This document shows positions 1 to 13,384 of a stretch of DNA of 64,000 nucleotides, one piece after another. The DNA lies in NCBI GenBank assembly GCA_964016885.1, contig OZ024749.1, forward strand, positions 6,386,001 through 6,450,000, read 5' to 3'. Numbering within the stretch: position 1 is the first letter of the stretch; each line of letters opens with the position of its first letter. The notes beneath the pieces were generated by a model. That model did not search any database. It had not been told where the DNA came from and worked only from the letters and a program-made list of their open reading frames with translations. This stretch comes from Eledone cirrhosa. Lineage: Eukaryota. The position numbers were made by a program, and so were the translations under genes.

Positions 1-3000
1 TACACTCACAGAACCACACACTCACAGAACCATACACTCACAGAACCATACACACACAGAACCATACACACACAGAACCACACACACACAGAACCATACA
101 CTCACAGAACCACACACTCACAGAACCATACACTCACAGAACCATACACTCACAGAACCATACACACACAGAACCACACACTCACAGAACCATACACTCA
201 CAGAACCATACACTCAAAGAACCATACACACACAGAACCATACACTCACAGAACCATACACACACAGAACCACACACACACAGAACCATACACTCACAGA
301 ACCATACACACACAGAACCACACACACACAGAACCACACACTCACAGAACCATACACTCAAAGAACCATACACACACAGAAGCACACACACACATAACCA
401 TACACTCACAGAACCATACACTCACAGAACCATACACACACAGAACCATACACTCACAGAACCACACACTCACAGAACCATACACTCACAGAACCACACA
501 CACACAGAACCATACACACACAGAACCACACACACACAGAACCATACACTCACAGAACCATACACACACAGAACCACACACACACAGAACCATACACTCA
601 CAGAACCACACACACACACAGAACCATACACACACAGAACCACACACACACACAGAACCACACACACACAGAACCATACACACACAGAACCATACACAGA
701 CAGAACCATACACACACAGAACCACACACTCACAGAACCATACACACACAGAACCACACACACACACAGAACCACACACACACAGAACCACACACTCACA
801 GAACCATACACTCACAGAACCATACACACACAGAACCACACACTCACAGAACCATACACACACAGAACCACACACACACACAGAACCACACACTCACAGA
901 ACCATACACACACAAAACCACACACACACACAGAACCACACACTCACAGAACCATACACTCACAGAACCATACACACACAGAACCATACACTCACAGAAC
1001 CACACACACAGAACCACACACACACAGAACCATACACACACAGAACCACACACTCACAGAACCATACACTCACAGAACCATACACTAACAGAACCATACA
1101 CACACAGAACCACACACACACAGAACCATACACTCACAGAACCACACACACAGAACCACACACACACAGAACCATACACTCACAGAACCATACACTCACA
1201 GAACCATACACACACAGAACCACACACACACAGAACCATACACTCACAGAACCACACACACACAGAACCATACACTCACAGAACCATACACTCACAGAAC
1301 CACACACTCACAGAACCATACACTCACAGAACCATACACTCACAGAACCATACACACACAGAACCACACACACACAGAACCATACACTCACAGAACCACA
1401 CACACAGAACCACACACACACAGAACCATACACTCACAGAACCATACACTCACAGAACCACACACACACAGAACCATACACACACAGAACCACACACTCA
1501 CAGAACCATACACACACAGAACCATACACTCACAGAACCATACACTCACAGAACCACACACACACAGAACCATACACTCACAGAACCACACACACAGAAC
1601 CACACACACACAGAACCATACACACACAGAACGACACACTCACAGAACCATACACTCACAGAACCACACACTCACAGAACCATACACTCACAGAACCATA
1701 CACACACAGAACCATACACACACAGAACCACACACTCACAGAACCATACACTCACAGAACCATACACTCAAAGAACCATACACACACAGAACCATACACT
1801 CACAGAACCACACACTCACAGAACCATACACTCACAGAACCATACACACACAGAACCATACACACACAGAACCACACACACACAGAACCATACACTCACA
1901 GAACCACACACTCACAGAACCATACACTCACAGAACCATACACACACAGAACCACACACTCACAGAACCATACACTCACAGAACCATACACTCAAAGAAC
2001 CATACACACACAGAACCATACACTCACAGAACCACACACTCACAGAACCATACACTCACAGAACCATACACACACAGAACCACACACACACAGAACCACA
2101 CACTCACAGAACCATACACTCAAAGAACCATACACACACAGAAGCACACACACACATAACCATACACTCACAGAACCATACACTCACAGAACCATACACA
2201 CACAGAACCATACACTCACAGAACCACACACTCACAGAACCATACACTCACAGAACCACACACACACAGAACCATACACACACAGAACCACACACACACA
2301 GAACCATACACACACAGAACCACACACACACAGAACCATACACTCACAGAACCATACACTCACAGAACCACACACACACAGAACCACACACACACAGAAC
2401 CATACACACACAGAACCATACACTCACAGAATCATACACACACAGAACCACACACTCACAGAACCATACACACACAGAACCACACACACACAGAACCACA
2501 CACTCACAGAACCATACACTCACAGAACCATACACTCACAGAACCATACACACACAGAACCATACACTCACAGAACCATACACTCACAGAACCATACACT
2601 CACAGAACCATACACACACAGAACCATACACTCACAGAACCATACACTCACAGAACCATACACACACAGAACCATACACACACAGAACCACACACACACA
2701 GAACCACACACTCACAGAACCATACACTCACAGAACCATACACTCACAGAACCATACACTCACAGAACCATACACTCACAGAACCATACACACACAGAAC
2801 CACACACTCACAGAACCATACACACACAGAACCACACACACACAGAACCACACACTCACAGAACCATACACTCACAGAACCATACACTCACAGAACCATA
2901 CACACACGGAACCATACACACACAGAACCATACACTCACAGAACCATACACACACAGAACCATACACTCACAGAACCATACACACACAGAACCATACACA

Positions 3001-5593
3001 CACAGAACCACACACTCACAGAACCATACACACACAGAACCATACACTCACAGAACCATACACTCACAGAACCATACACTCACAGAACCACACACTCACA
3101 GAACCACACACTCACAGAACCATACACTCACAGAACCACACACTCACAGAACCATACACTCACAGAACCACACACAGAACCATACACTCACAGAACCATA
3201 CACACACAGAACCACACACTCACAGAGCCATACACTCACAGAACCACACACTCACAGAACCATACACTCACAGAACCACACACACACAGAACCATACACT
3301 CACAGAACCATACACTCACAGAACCATACACTCACAGAACCACACACACACAGAACCATACACACACAGAACCATACACTCACAGAACCATACACACACA
3401 GAACCACACACACACAGAACCATACACTCACAGAACCACACACTCACAGAACCATACACTCACAGAACCACACACACACAGAACCATACACTCACAGAAC
3501 CATACACTCACAGAACCACACACTCACAGAACCATACACTCACAGAACCATACACTCACAGAACCATACACACACAGAACCACACACACACAGAACCATA
3601 CACTCACAGAACCACACACACAGAACCACACACACACAGAACCATACACTCACAGAACCATACACTCACAGAACCACACACACACAGAACCATACACTCA
3701 CAGAACCACACACACAGAACCACACACACACAGAACCATACACACACAGAACCACACACTCACAGAACCATACACTCACAGAACCACACACTCACAGAAC
3801 CATACACTCACAGAACCATACACACACAGAACCATACACACACAGAACCATACACACACAGAACCATACACTCACAGAACCATACACACACAGAACCATA
3901 CACTCACAGAACCATACACACACAGAACCATACACACACAGAACCACACACTCACAGAACCATACACACACAGAACCATACACTCACAGAACCATACACT
4001 CACAGAACCATACACTCACAGAACCACACACTCACAGAACCACACACTCACAGAACCATACACTCACAGAACCACACACTCACAGAACCATACACTCACA
4101 GAACCACACACAGAACCATACACTCACAGAACCATACACACACAGAACCACACACTCACAGAACCATACACTCACAGAACCACACACTCACAGAACCATA
4201 CACTCACAGAACCACACACACACAGAACCATACACTCACAGAACCATACACTCACAGAACCATACACTCACAGAACCACACACACACAGAACCATACACA
4301 CACAGAACCATACACTCACAGAACCATACACACACAGAACCACACACACACAGAACCATACACTCACAGAACCACACACTCACAGAACCATACACTCACA
4401 GAACCACACACACACAGAACCATACACTCACAGAACCATACACTCACAGAACCACACACTCACAGAACCATACACTCACAGAACCATACACTCACAGAAC
4501 CATACACACACAGAACCACACACACACAGAACCATACACTCACAGAACCACACACACAGAACCACACACACACAGAACCATACACTCACAGAACCATACA
4601 CTCACAGAACCACACACACACAGAACCATACACTCACAGAACCACACACACAGAACCACACACACACAGAACCATACACACACAGAACCACACACTCACA
4701 GAACCATACACTCACAGAACCACACACTCACAGAACCATACACTCACAGAACCATACACACACAGAACCATACACACACAGAACCACACACTCACAGAAC
4801 CATACACTCAAAGAACCATACACACACAGAAGCACACACCAACAGAACCATACACTCACAGAACCACACACTCACAGAACCATACACACACAGAACCACA
4901 CACACACAGAACCACACACTCACAGAACCATACACTCAAAGAACAATACACACACAGAAGCACACACACACAGAACCATACACTCACAGAACCATACACT
5001 CATAGAACCATACACTCACAGAACCATACACACACAGAAGCACACACACACATAACCATACACTCACAGAACCATACACTCACAGAACCATACACACACA
5101 GAACCATACACTCACAGAACCACACACTCACAGAACCATACACTCACAGAACCACACACACACAGAACCATACACACACAGAACCACACACACACAGAAC
5201 CATACACACACAGAACCACACACACACAGAACTACACACACACAGAACCACACACACACAGAACCACACACACACAGAACCATACACACACAGAACCACA
5301 CACACACAGAACCATACACTCACAGAAACACACACACACAGAACCATACACACACAGAACCACACACACCCAGAACCATACACACACAGAACCACACACA
5401 CACATAACTACACACACACAGAACCACACACACACAGAACCACACACTCACAGAACCATACACACACAGAACCACACACACACAGAACCATACACTCACA
5501 GAACCACACACACAGAACCACACACACACAGAACCATACACACACAGAACCATACACTCACAGAACCATACACTCACAGAACCACACACTCAC
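1..5593. repeat. 16-bp minisatellite array (CACAGAACCAYACACW), truncated by window start
   Basis: Continuous tandem units with occasional 12/14/18-bp variants; the overlapping ORFs are repeat translations. Confidence 0.97.
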
Positions 5594-5766
5594 ACGCAGC
5601 GTAGCAAATGGAACACCAGCCGCTGTTTTGCTATAGTTTTTTTCACCATCACTTTCCTGCCTTTTACGCACACATACATTTACACAAACACACTCATACA
5701 CACACTCACACACAATGTGTGATGGACGGATGGCAGGAAGTCACACAAATTTATGTATAGATGGAT

Positions 5767-5820
5767 GTCCCACCCTTGTAAGCAGGGAAAAGCGGATATA
5801 AAATGATGATGATGATGATG
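5767..5820 (+). mobile_element. 3' tail fragment of SINE family A / RTE-type tail
   Basis: GTCCCACCCTTGTAAGCAGGGAAAAGCGGATATAAAA(TGA)n matches the 3' end of the SINE A copies. Confidence 0.75.
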
Positions 5821-6429
5821 GATATATAATGTAAATAATGTGCAATATATGCAGAAAGTGGCATGAGATCATGGATAGATTGAAATAAAAGTAAACATTG
5901 TAAGTGACAGGTGCACAGAAATAAATTAATTGTAATATTTGTTGTGAAATAAGCTCTCTCAAAAGCTTAGTAGTAGATAGCTTTTGTTGTTGAAATGACT
6001 TCATTCATAGTGGGGGTGCATGAACTGATAGCATTGTATAGAATGAGTTGGTGTAGCTCAATATGTTTGTACAGTAGGTTGTGTAGTTATTTGAAGTGAT
6101 TGTGGTTCAAGACAATGAAAGAAGACTAAGCTAAATGGAGAAGCTAGAATATAATAAATCCAATAAACAAGATAAAATTTGTTTAAAAGTGGATTACATT
6201 TTGTGTTATATTGCTTGCTTAGGAAGAGGTAGAGGTGGGAGGAATGATTGTATGAGTAAATGTGAGAATTACAATTAGAGTTAGCATTAGGAGTAGCATT
6301 TCAACAGGCTGTATCTGGCCACAATTATTTCACCTCTTTCTGTTCAAACAGGCTGTAACCAGTCACTCATACTAATGTTAAGGTATTCTTCTAAAAAATA
6401 AATGATATCAAAATGTCATAGATTCGATA

Positions 6430-7346
6430 TTATGTGAGATAATTATGTAAGGCAAAGCCTTTACCATGAAAATACAATAGTAAATATAGAGTAATGTAAA
6501 TGTTATGTGAGATATTATGTGAAGTAAAGCCTTTACTGTGAAAATACAATAGTAAATATAGAGTAATGTAAATGTTATGTGAGATATTATGTGAGGTAAA
6601 GCCTTTACTGTGAAAATACAATAGTGTATATAGAGTAATGTAAATGTTATGTGAGATATTATGTGAGGTAAAGCCTTTACTGTGAAAATACAATAGCATA
6701 TATAGAGTAATGTAAATGTTATGTGATATTATGTGAGGTAAAGCCTTTACCATAAAAATACAATAGTATATATATAGAGTAATGTAAATGTTATGTGAGA
6801 TATTATGTGAGGTAAAGCCTTTACTGTGAAAATACAATAGTGTATATAGAGTAATGTAGATGTTATGTGAGATATTATGTGAGGTAAAGCCTTTACTGTG
6901 AAAATACAATAGTGTATATAGAGTAATGTAGATGTTATGTGAGATATTATGTGAGGTAAAGCCTTTACTGTGAAAATACAATAGTATATATAGAGTAATG
7001 TAAATGTTATGTGAGATATTATGTGAGGTAAAGCCTTTACTGTGAAAATACAATAGTATATATAGAGTAATGTAAATGTTATGTGAGATATTATGTGAGG
7101 TAAAGCCTTTACTGTGAAAATACAATAGTATATATAGAGTAATGTAAATGTTATGTGAGATATTATGTGAGGTAAAGCCTTTACTGTGAAAATACAATTG
7201 TATATATAGAGTAATGTAAACGTTATGTGAGATATTATGTGAGGTAAAGCCTTGACTGTGAAAATACAATAGTATATATAGAGTAATGAAAATGTTATGT
7301 GAGGTAAAGCCTTTACTGTGAAAATACAATAGTATACATAGAGTAA
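6430..7346. repeat. 72-bp tandem repeat, about 12-13 copies, derived from MITE sequence
   Basis: Period 72 (GCCTTTACTG at 6601 and 6673); 24-aa repeat in the spurious ORFs. Confidence 0.92.
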
Positions 7347-7690
7347 GAGTAAAGTCCCCCTTCGGTCACAAATGACCATGGGATTTGCACCTATAAAGTT
7401 TCTCTCCAAGGCACAAGTCCGGGCAAGGCTGTTTATGGAAGACCAGCAGTCACCCATGCATACCAGAGTCCCCTCTCCACGCCACCGATGTTGTCCAAGG
7501 GAAAGGCACTGACCAATACAGCTTGGCACCAGTGACATCGCAACTCATTTCTACAGCTGAGTAAACTGGAGCAACACGAAATAAAGTGTCTTGCTCAAGG
7601 AAACAATGCAAAGCCCGGTCTGAGAATCTAACTCACAACCTCATGCTGCTAAGCCCAATACTGTAACCACTAAGCCATGCACATTCACAT
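7347..7690 (-). mobile_element. tRNA-derived SINE sharing head/core with family A but with a different 3' part
   Basis: Shared core CATTTCTACAGCTGAGTAAACTGGAGCAA..GAAATAAAGTGTCTTGCTCAAG and tRNA-like head; apparent target-site duplication ATAGAGTAA on both sides. Confidence 0.8.
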
Positions 7691-7734
7691 ATATAGAGTA
7701 ATGTAAATGATAAAGGGTTAATATAGTTAGCATG

Positions 7735-8170
7735 GCTTCGGTTGTTAGAGGAGTGTGAATGACGTGGAAGAAGTTCGGGCTGCTATTACCTCTGTTGTTA
7801 TCAAACATCTTCTGTGTTAGAGTGTAGGGCAGATTATATGATACATGTGTTCGAACTGCTATACAGTAGGGCAGTGGGATGTGGGTCTTCAATGTAGAAG
7901 ATTTGTGACAGAAATGAAGTAGGTATGTTCTGCGGGATGTGTAATGTTAGTGAGTAAGAATGACAAATGAACTGAGAGAATAGCTGAATATAAAAAGAAT
8001 TAGATGTAGTATGTATGAGAGATGGCTGCAGTGGTATGACATGTGATGTGTATCGAGAATGAAATCTGCATAAATAAATGACACGCACTTGATGTGGGCA
8101 AAGCCTGTGAAAAAAAAAAAAAAAAAGATGAAGGAAGTCATGTGACCAAATGAGGAAGATAACAAGAAGA
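7735..8170 (+). mobile_element. Degenerate RTE LINE 3' ORF fragment
   Basis: Broken translation ..WKKFGLLLPLL..GRLYDTCVRTA..RNEVGM..MCN aligns to the C-terminus of the intact RTE ORF in this window. Confidence 0.75.
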
Positions 8171-8464
8171 AGAAAGATGACCATAATAACTGGCATTATG
8201 CTACCTAACATAAGATATATCCTCCTTTATAAGTGATGGCTAAAAGTAAATTGTGATGAGATATACAATGTTACAGGCATTGGAGCGGGTCAGCCTAGCC
8301 TTACTGTCGACTAAACAACCTCTTTAATATTGACTAATGGGACCCGAGGAAATCCCACAGACAAAAGAAATCTTCATTTATTTCCTCACGTCTCTGTACA
8401 CACACATACACACACACAACTCATTACGTGTGTGTGTGTGTATATATTTATGATTATTTTTATT

Positions 8465-8595
8465 AAACAGTCCGTTATGTTCTGAGTTCAAATCCCACCA
8501 AGGTTAACTTTGCCTTTCATCCTTATGGAGTCGATACCAGTAATGCACTGGGGGACAATTGCTGGCCTTGTGCCAAAAGTAGAGACAATTATTAT
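8465..8595 (+). mobile_element. SINE family B, partial
   Basis: B-box GAGTTCAAATCC, ACTTTGCCTTTCATCC..GTCGATA core, GGCCTTGTGCC..AAGTAGA tail. Confidence 0.75.
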
Positions 8596-8604
8596 ATATA
8601 TACA

Positions 8605-8840
8605 TTTAGGCGTGTTGGTTCTCCTAGGCTGGCCACCTTCAGGTCTTAAACATTTCCCTCTACTTTTCAGCCCCTTGGATTGTGTCTACCATTATTAGAT
8701 TCCTTTATTAGATAAATTTTGTAACACCCAATGATGTCACCGGATTCCTACAGAACCCAGTCATTGAAATGTGCATAATGTTTATAATAAACCTTTAAAG
8801 AATTTCACCAGTCCAGCCTCCTGTCATTTTACTCAATAAT
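8605..8840 (+). mobile_element. Short Penelope-like/retrozyme-like element with a degenerate hammerhead; same family as 56832-57052
   Basis: Shares TTTTCAGCCCC, TCACCGGATTC..GAACCC.GTCATTGAAAT and AGTCCAGCCTCCTGT with the 56.9-kb copy; core reads CCAATGA; followed by (TA)n. Confidence 0.6.
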
Positions 8841-8861
8841 ATATATATATATATATATATA

Positions 8862-8975
8862 TAATTGTTTCTACTTTAGGCACAAGGCCAGCAATTACCC
8901 AGTGCATTACTGGTACTTTATTTTATTGACACCGTAAGGATGAAAGGCAAAGTCAACCTCGGCGGGATTTGAACT

Positions 8976-8978
<3 letters not shown>
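8862..8978 (-). mobile_element. SINE family B, 5'-truncated
   Basis: Reverse complement of the family B core and tail. Confidence 0.8.
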
Positions 8979-9028
<50 letters not shown>

Positions 9029-9106
9029 CAATAATAATGAGTTCAAAACTCAGGCAGTCTTTTACAATGAAATAGCTCAAAGAAAGAAGTATTTCTGAGC
9101 CGTGTA

Positions 9107-9267
9107 ATACAAGTTAATATAAATTAATATATTTGATAAACACAAATACCAACATATTCATGTTTGTATTGTAAATGACCAAGTTAATAACTTGGTCATT
9201 TACAATACAAACATGAATATGTTGGTATTTGTGTTTATCAAATATATTAATTTATATTAACTTGTAT
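9107..9267. repeat. Perfect palindrome, 80-bp arms with a 1-nt spacer (centre 9187)
   Basis: ATACAAGTTAATAT...GACCAAGTTA-A-TAACTTGGTC...ATATTAACTTGTAT. Confidence 0.95.
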
Positions 9268-9280
9268 ATATATATATATA

Positions 9281-11673
9281 CAAGTAGGAGGAGAGTGACT
9301 TGGTGGTGGAACAATAAGGTAGATGAAGCAGTCAAGGCCAAGAGACAGGCATGGAAAGAATGGAAGAACGGGGGGAGCAGGGTACATTACATAGAGACCA
9401 AGAGGGAAGCTAGGCGACAAGTATGCTTAGCTAGGAGGGAAGCAGAGGATAGAAAATTCAAGCATGCTTTACAACGTGAGGACCAGAAACAGGAGGTATT
9501 CAAGATTGCGAGGCAGTGTGTCAGAGATAGTTGTGATGTCATTGGAGAGAAGTGTATCCGGAATGATAAAGGTGAGCTTGCCCTCACAAGTGCTGAGAAG
9601 AAAGATGCATGGAAGAGTCATTATGATAGATTACTAAATGAGGAGAATGCATGGGAAGAAGAGACCCTACCCCACGTAGACCCTATAGAGGGACCAGCAG
9701 TACAAGTCAGCGGCAGCGTAGTAAGTAAGGCAATCAGAGATATGAAGATAGGGAAGGCAACCGGTCCATCGGGGATAGCTGCCGAGATGCTGAAGGCATC
9801 TGGGTCTGTAGGTCACACTATAACCACACGTATCGTTAACCAGGTAATACTAGAGGGGGCCATACCAAAAGATTGGTGCAGTAGCATCATTGTCAACTGC
9901 TACAAAGGTAAAGGCGATGCACTAGATAGAGGAAACTATAGAGGTATAAAGTTGATGGACCAGGTCATGAAAGTAACAGAAAGAGTTATAGCACAGCTGA
10001 TTAGGGACCGGGTGAATATAGACGAGATGCAATTTGGGTTTGTTCCAGGGAAAGGCACCACTGATGCGCTCTTCCTTGTGAGGCAATTACAGGAAAAGTA
10101 CCTAGCTAAAAGTAAGCCACTCTACTTGGCATTTGTCGACCTTGAGAAAGCCTTTGACAGAGTTCCACGTGCAGTAATCTGGTGGGCTCTTAGAAAACTA
10201 GGAGTAGATGAATGGCTTGTGAAAGCGGTACAAGCCATGTATAGGGGAGCAGTCAGCAAAGTTAGGATTGGCAATGAGTATAGCGAGGAATTTAGCGTAC
10301 AGGTTGGGGTCCACCAGGGCTCTGTTCTTAGCCCTCTCCTGTTCATCATAGTCCTGCAGGCAATAACGGAGGAGTTTAAGACCGGATGCCCATGGGAACT
10401 CCTGTATGCTGATGACCTCGCACTCATAGCTGAATCTATGGTAGAACTAGAGAATAAATTCCAAACCTGGAAGCAGGGACTAGAGAGAAAGGGCCTCAAA
10501 GTCAACATGACAAAGACTAAGGTCCTTATAAGTAGACGAGAAAACAGAACCCAGATCCCCTCAGGGAAATGGCCTTGCTCAGTATGTAGGAAAGGTGTAG
10601 GTAGGAACTCCATTCTCTGCCCCAAATGCAAACAATGGGTACACAAGAGATGTAGCGGGATCTCAGGAAGCTTAATTAAGAATGTAGGATTCACATGCAG
10701 CAGCTGTGCTGAAACAGCAAGCAAACAGCCACAGGAAACAAGTACCACCAATCTCTGGGAGGGCCCTGTAGAAACAGTAGACAGCTTCTGCTACCTAGGT
10801 GACCGAATTAGCAACGGAGGTGGGTGCTCAGAAAGTACAATAACTAGGGTAAGAACGGGATGGAAGAAGTTTAGGGAACTACTACCACTGCTAGCTGCAA
10901 AAGGCTTCTCCCTCAGAATGAAAGGCAGACTGTATGATGCGTGTATCCGAACAGCGATGTTGCATGGTAGTGAGACCTGGGCGCTGAAGGTGGAAGACTT
11001 ACGTAGATTAGAGAGAAACGAAGCCTGCATGCTCCGATGGATGTGTAACAGTAATATACGTGAACGACAAAGCATAAATGAATTGAGAGAGAGACTGAGC
11101 ATAAGAGGAATCAAATGCTGCGTGCAGCAGAGGCGGTTACGCTGGTATGGACATGTGATGCGTATGAAGGATGACAGCTGCATAAAAAGGTGCAGAGCAC
11201 TAGAAGTTGATGGAAACCGCGGAGTGGGGAGACCCAAGATGACTTGGGATGAGGTGATAAAAGCCGACCTTACCCAACTACACCTCTCAAAGTCAATGAC
11301 ACACGACCGTGACTTCTGGCGTCACGCAGTAATACAGGGTACCCGACCTCCCATGGGTACATGCTGAAGCATATAAACAATATGCCCCCCCCCCCCCCCC
11401 ACCGCAAGGTGGCCGTGGAGGTGCCACGGCAAAAAAGCACCCAGCCCACACTGTAAAGTGGACGTGTAGGCGCCACGAAAAAGCACCCAGCACTCACTGT
11501 AAATGAGGTTGGTGTTAGGAAGGGCATCCAGCTGTAGAAATCAAGCCAGATCAGTTCCTGTATGAGCAAGGCATGGTCAGCCGACCAGACACTGCCCACA
11601 ACAGGACAACCCGTCTAACCCATGCTAGCGTGGAAGAACGGACGTAAAACGGTGATGATGATGATGATGATGA
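9281..11673 (+). mobile_element. RTE-clade non-LTR retrotransposon, 5'-truncated, young
   Basis: Uninterrupted RT ORF, ~300-bp 3' UTR, (GAT)n tail, (TA)n on both flanks. Confidence 0.95.
9283..11367 (+). CDS. RTE LINE ORF (partial): reverse transcriptase plus C4HC3 zinc-finger-like motif; endonuclease lost by truncation
   Basis: KATGPSGI, NYRGIKL, QFGF, FVDLEKAFDRV, GVHQGSVLSPLLF, YADD, CSVC..CPKC..H..C..CSSC, RRLRWYGHVMR, GRPKMTW; the first ~17 aa of the tracked ORF come from flanking DNA. Confidence 0.93.
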   Translation, partial: SRRRVTWWWNNKVDEAVKAKRQAWKEWKNGGSRVHYIETKREARRQVCLARREAEDRKFKHALQREDQKQEVFKIARQCVRDSCDVIGEKCIRNDKGELALTSAEKKDAWKSHYDRLLNEENAWEEETLPHVDPIEGPAVQVSGSVVSKAIRDMKIGKATGPSGIAAEMLKASGSVGHTITTRIVNQVILEGAIPKDWCSSIIVNCYKGKGDALDRGNYRGIKLMDQVMKVTERVIAQLIRDRVNIDEMQFGFVPGKGTTDALFLVRQLQEKYLAKSKPLYLAFVDLEKAFDRVPRAVIWWALRKLGVDEWLVKAVQAMYRGAVSKVRIGNEYSEEFSVQVGVHQGSVLSPLLFIIVLQAITEEFKTGCPWELLYADDLALIAESMVELENKFQTWKQGLERKGLKVNMTKTKVLISRRENRTQIPSGKWPCSVCRKGVGRNSILCPKCKQWVHKRCSGISGSLIKNVGFTCSSCAETASKQPQETSTTNLWEGPVETVDSFCYLGDRISNGGGCSESTITRVRTGWKKFRELLPLLAAKGFSLRMKGRLYDACIRTAMLHGSETWALKVEDLRRLERNEACMLRWMCNSNIRERQSINELRERLSIRGIKCCVQQRRLRWYGHVMRMKDDSCIKRCRALEVDGNRGVGRPKMTWDEVIKADLTQLHLSKSMTHDRDFWRHAVIQGTRPPMGTC

Positions 11674-11690
11674 TATATATATATATATAT

Positions 11691-12502
11691 ACTAGCATTA
11701 AAGCCAGGCGTTGCTCGGGGTCAGTAAGTTACCAAAGTTAGGTTGCACCACCCATTTTATGGCAGCACTTTTTTGTCTGCCAGGCACTGGGTGAATGAAT
11801 TGCAGACCTGGACTGCCGAAGCAGGAGCTGCACCAGCAGTGACAATTGTAGTTTCGCCTATGGATATTATCTCTGTGCAAAGAAGTGTTGAAATTTATTG
11901 TTTCACAGTACTTGCGCAACACGCGGGTAGACGATGCCAGCCGAACAACAGAGCTGCGATGGAGTTGTTCTGCATGGTTGTCTAATGTGTGTTTTCTAAA
12001 TTTAAAACAGTAGGGAGGGGTGAGATATGGGGGAGAGTTAGCTGCTGTTTCTAGCAGGTTTAGTGAACCCATAGAGTATATTATTGTGAATAATTGTTGT
12101 TTCATATGAAATGTAATAATCTTTGTTGTCATTGAAGTAAATAAATGTTTGACCATTTCACACTCAAAAACAAACGCTCTCTCTCTCTCTCCTCTCTTCG
12201 GTGTTCCTAAAGGAAGTTTGTAAGTTTAAGCGTATATAAGAGAAAGTTGCAGCATGTATGTAGTGTTATCGAATTTTAGAGAGAGGTAAGCAGATTCTAT
12301 TAGAGGGGTAAAGGATCATGTATTTAGTTTTATCGATTATTTTCGTAATTGTGGGTGAGTTTGAAATAAATAAATAGTCGTTCACCTATGTTAGACCATT
12401 TACAACATTCTTACAGACATTCAGTCGAATCGGTTTGAAATTGTGCAAATGTATAAAATTGAAACATACATACAGACACAAAAATCTGCCTTTTATAGAT
12501 AA
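11691..12502 (+). mobile_element. Helentron-associated (HINE/DINE-1-like) non-autonomous element
   Basis: Starts ACTAG..CCAGGCGTTGCTCGGG hairpin and ends AATCGGTT..CATACAGACA..TTTTATAGAT; same termini as 32196 and 47126. Confidence 0.55.
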
Positions 12503-12522
12503 TGATATATATATATATATAT

Positions 12523-12628
12523 ATCAATTGATATTAAATAATAGAAACTATATATATAAAATCTGTTGAGTGCTTTGAATCGGTTGTAAACATCTATATT
12601 TGTTGGATTTCCAACAAATTAAATATCT

Positions 12629-12631
<3 letters not shown>
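12523..12631 (-). mobile_element. Terminal fragment of the hammerhead-bearing family at 55970 and 57636
   Basis: Reverse complement matches GATATTCAATTTGTTG..CAACAAATATA.ATGTTTA.AAC.GATTCA.AGCACTC; (TA)n flanks. Confidence 0.65.
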
Positions 12632-12677
<46 letters not shown>

Positions 12678-12726
12678 CAGGAAAGAAGAGTGACACGGTT
12701 TGCTATACAAAAATTGTTACCCCGTA

Positions 12727-12779
<53 letters not shown>

Positions 12780-12780
<1 letters not shown>

Positions 12781-13110
12781 GACTGGGATCTCTGGCAATA
12801 TACGGTAATACAGCAGACCCGACTTCCCACGAGCACAAGCTGAACCAGATGTACAGTATGCCCCGCCCCCCTCCCACCCACCCCAGCCCACTCTGTAATG
12901 TGGAAATGTAAAAGACACGGCAAACAACACCCAGCTCACACAATAAATGTGGTTGACGTTAGGAAGGGCATCCAGCCATAGAAAACCAGCCAGAATCACC
13001 CCTATTTGAGCGAGACAAGGTCACCCGGCACAACTTGACTTAAAATAGGCCACGTCTAACTCATGCTCATGCTAGCATGGAAGATGGATGTTAATCAATG
13101 ATGATGATGA

Positions 13111-13112
<2 letters not shown>
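12780..13112 (+). mobile_element. RTE LINE 3' end, diverged subfamily
   Basis: Similar to the ORF end and 3' UTR at 11300-11673; TTAGGAAGGGCATCCAGC; (GAT)n tail. Confidence 0.8.
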
Positions 13113-13144
<32 letters not shown>

Positions 13145-13316
13145 CTTCATCCTCATCAGTCAATGTCCATTTTCCCTGATAGCAAAGTTTGGACAAGTCA
13201 TCTCAGTCTAAATCAGTTTATAAGTGGATCTACTGACCGCCGCACAGAGGAGCCAAATGCTCACATCTTGCTTATCTTCTTGAACTTTTCCAAGTGCACT
13301 GATACCTGTATATATA

Positions 13317-13384
<68 letters not shown>

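Larger units (their letters stand above)
6290..7721 (-). mobile_element. piggyBac-type MITE, expanded by an internal 72-bp array and a SINE insertion
   Basis: 6290-6430 matches the MITE copies at 29646, 49354 and 49980; the right end ...GTAAATGATAAAGGG-TTAA lies at 7703-7721. Confidence 0.75.

Noticed and set aside
182-5589. Many Cys/Val-rich ORFs
   Set aside because: Translations of the 16-bp satellite; no coding complexity
6430-7538. 299-aa and 263-aa repeat ORFs
   Set aside because: The 72-bp unit happens to lack stops in two frames; MITE-derived
10122-11237. Antisense ORFs over the LINE
   Set aside because: Shadow frames of the RT ORF
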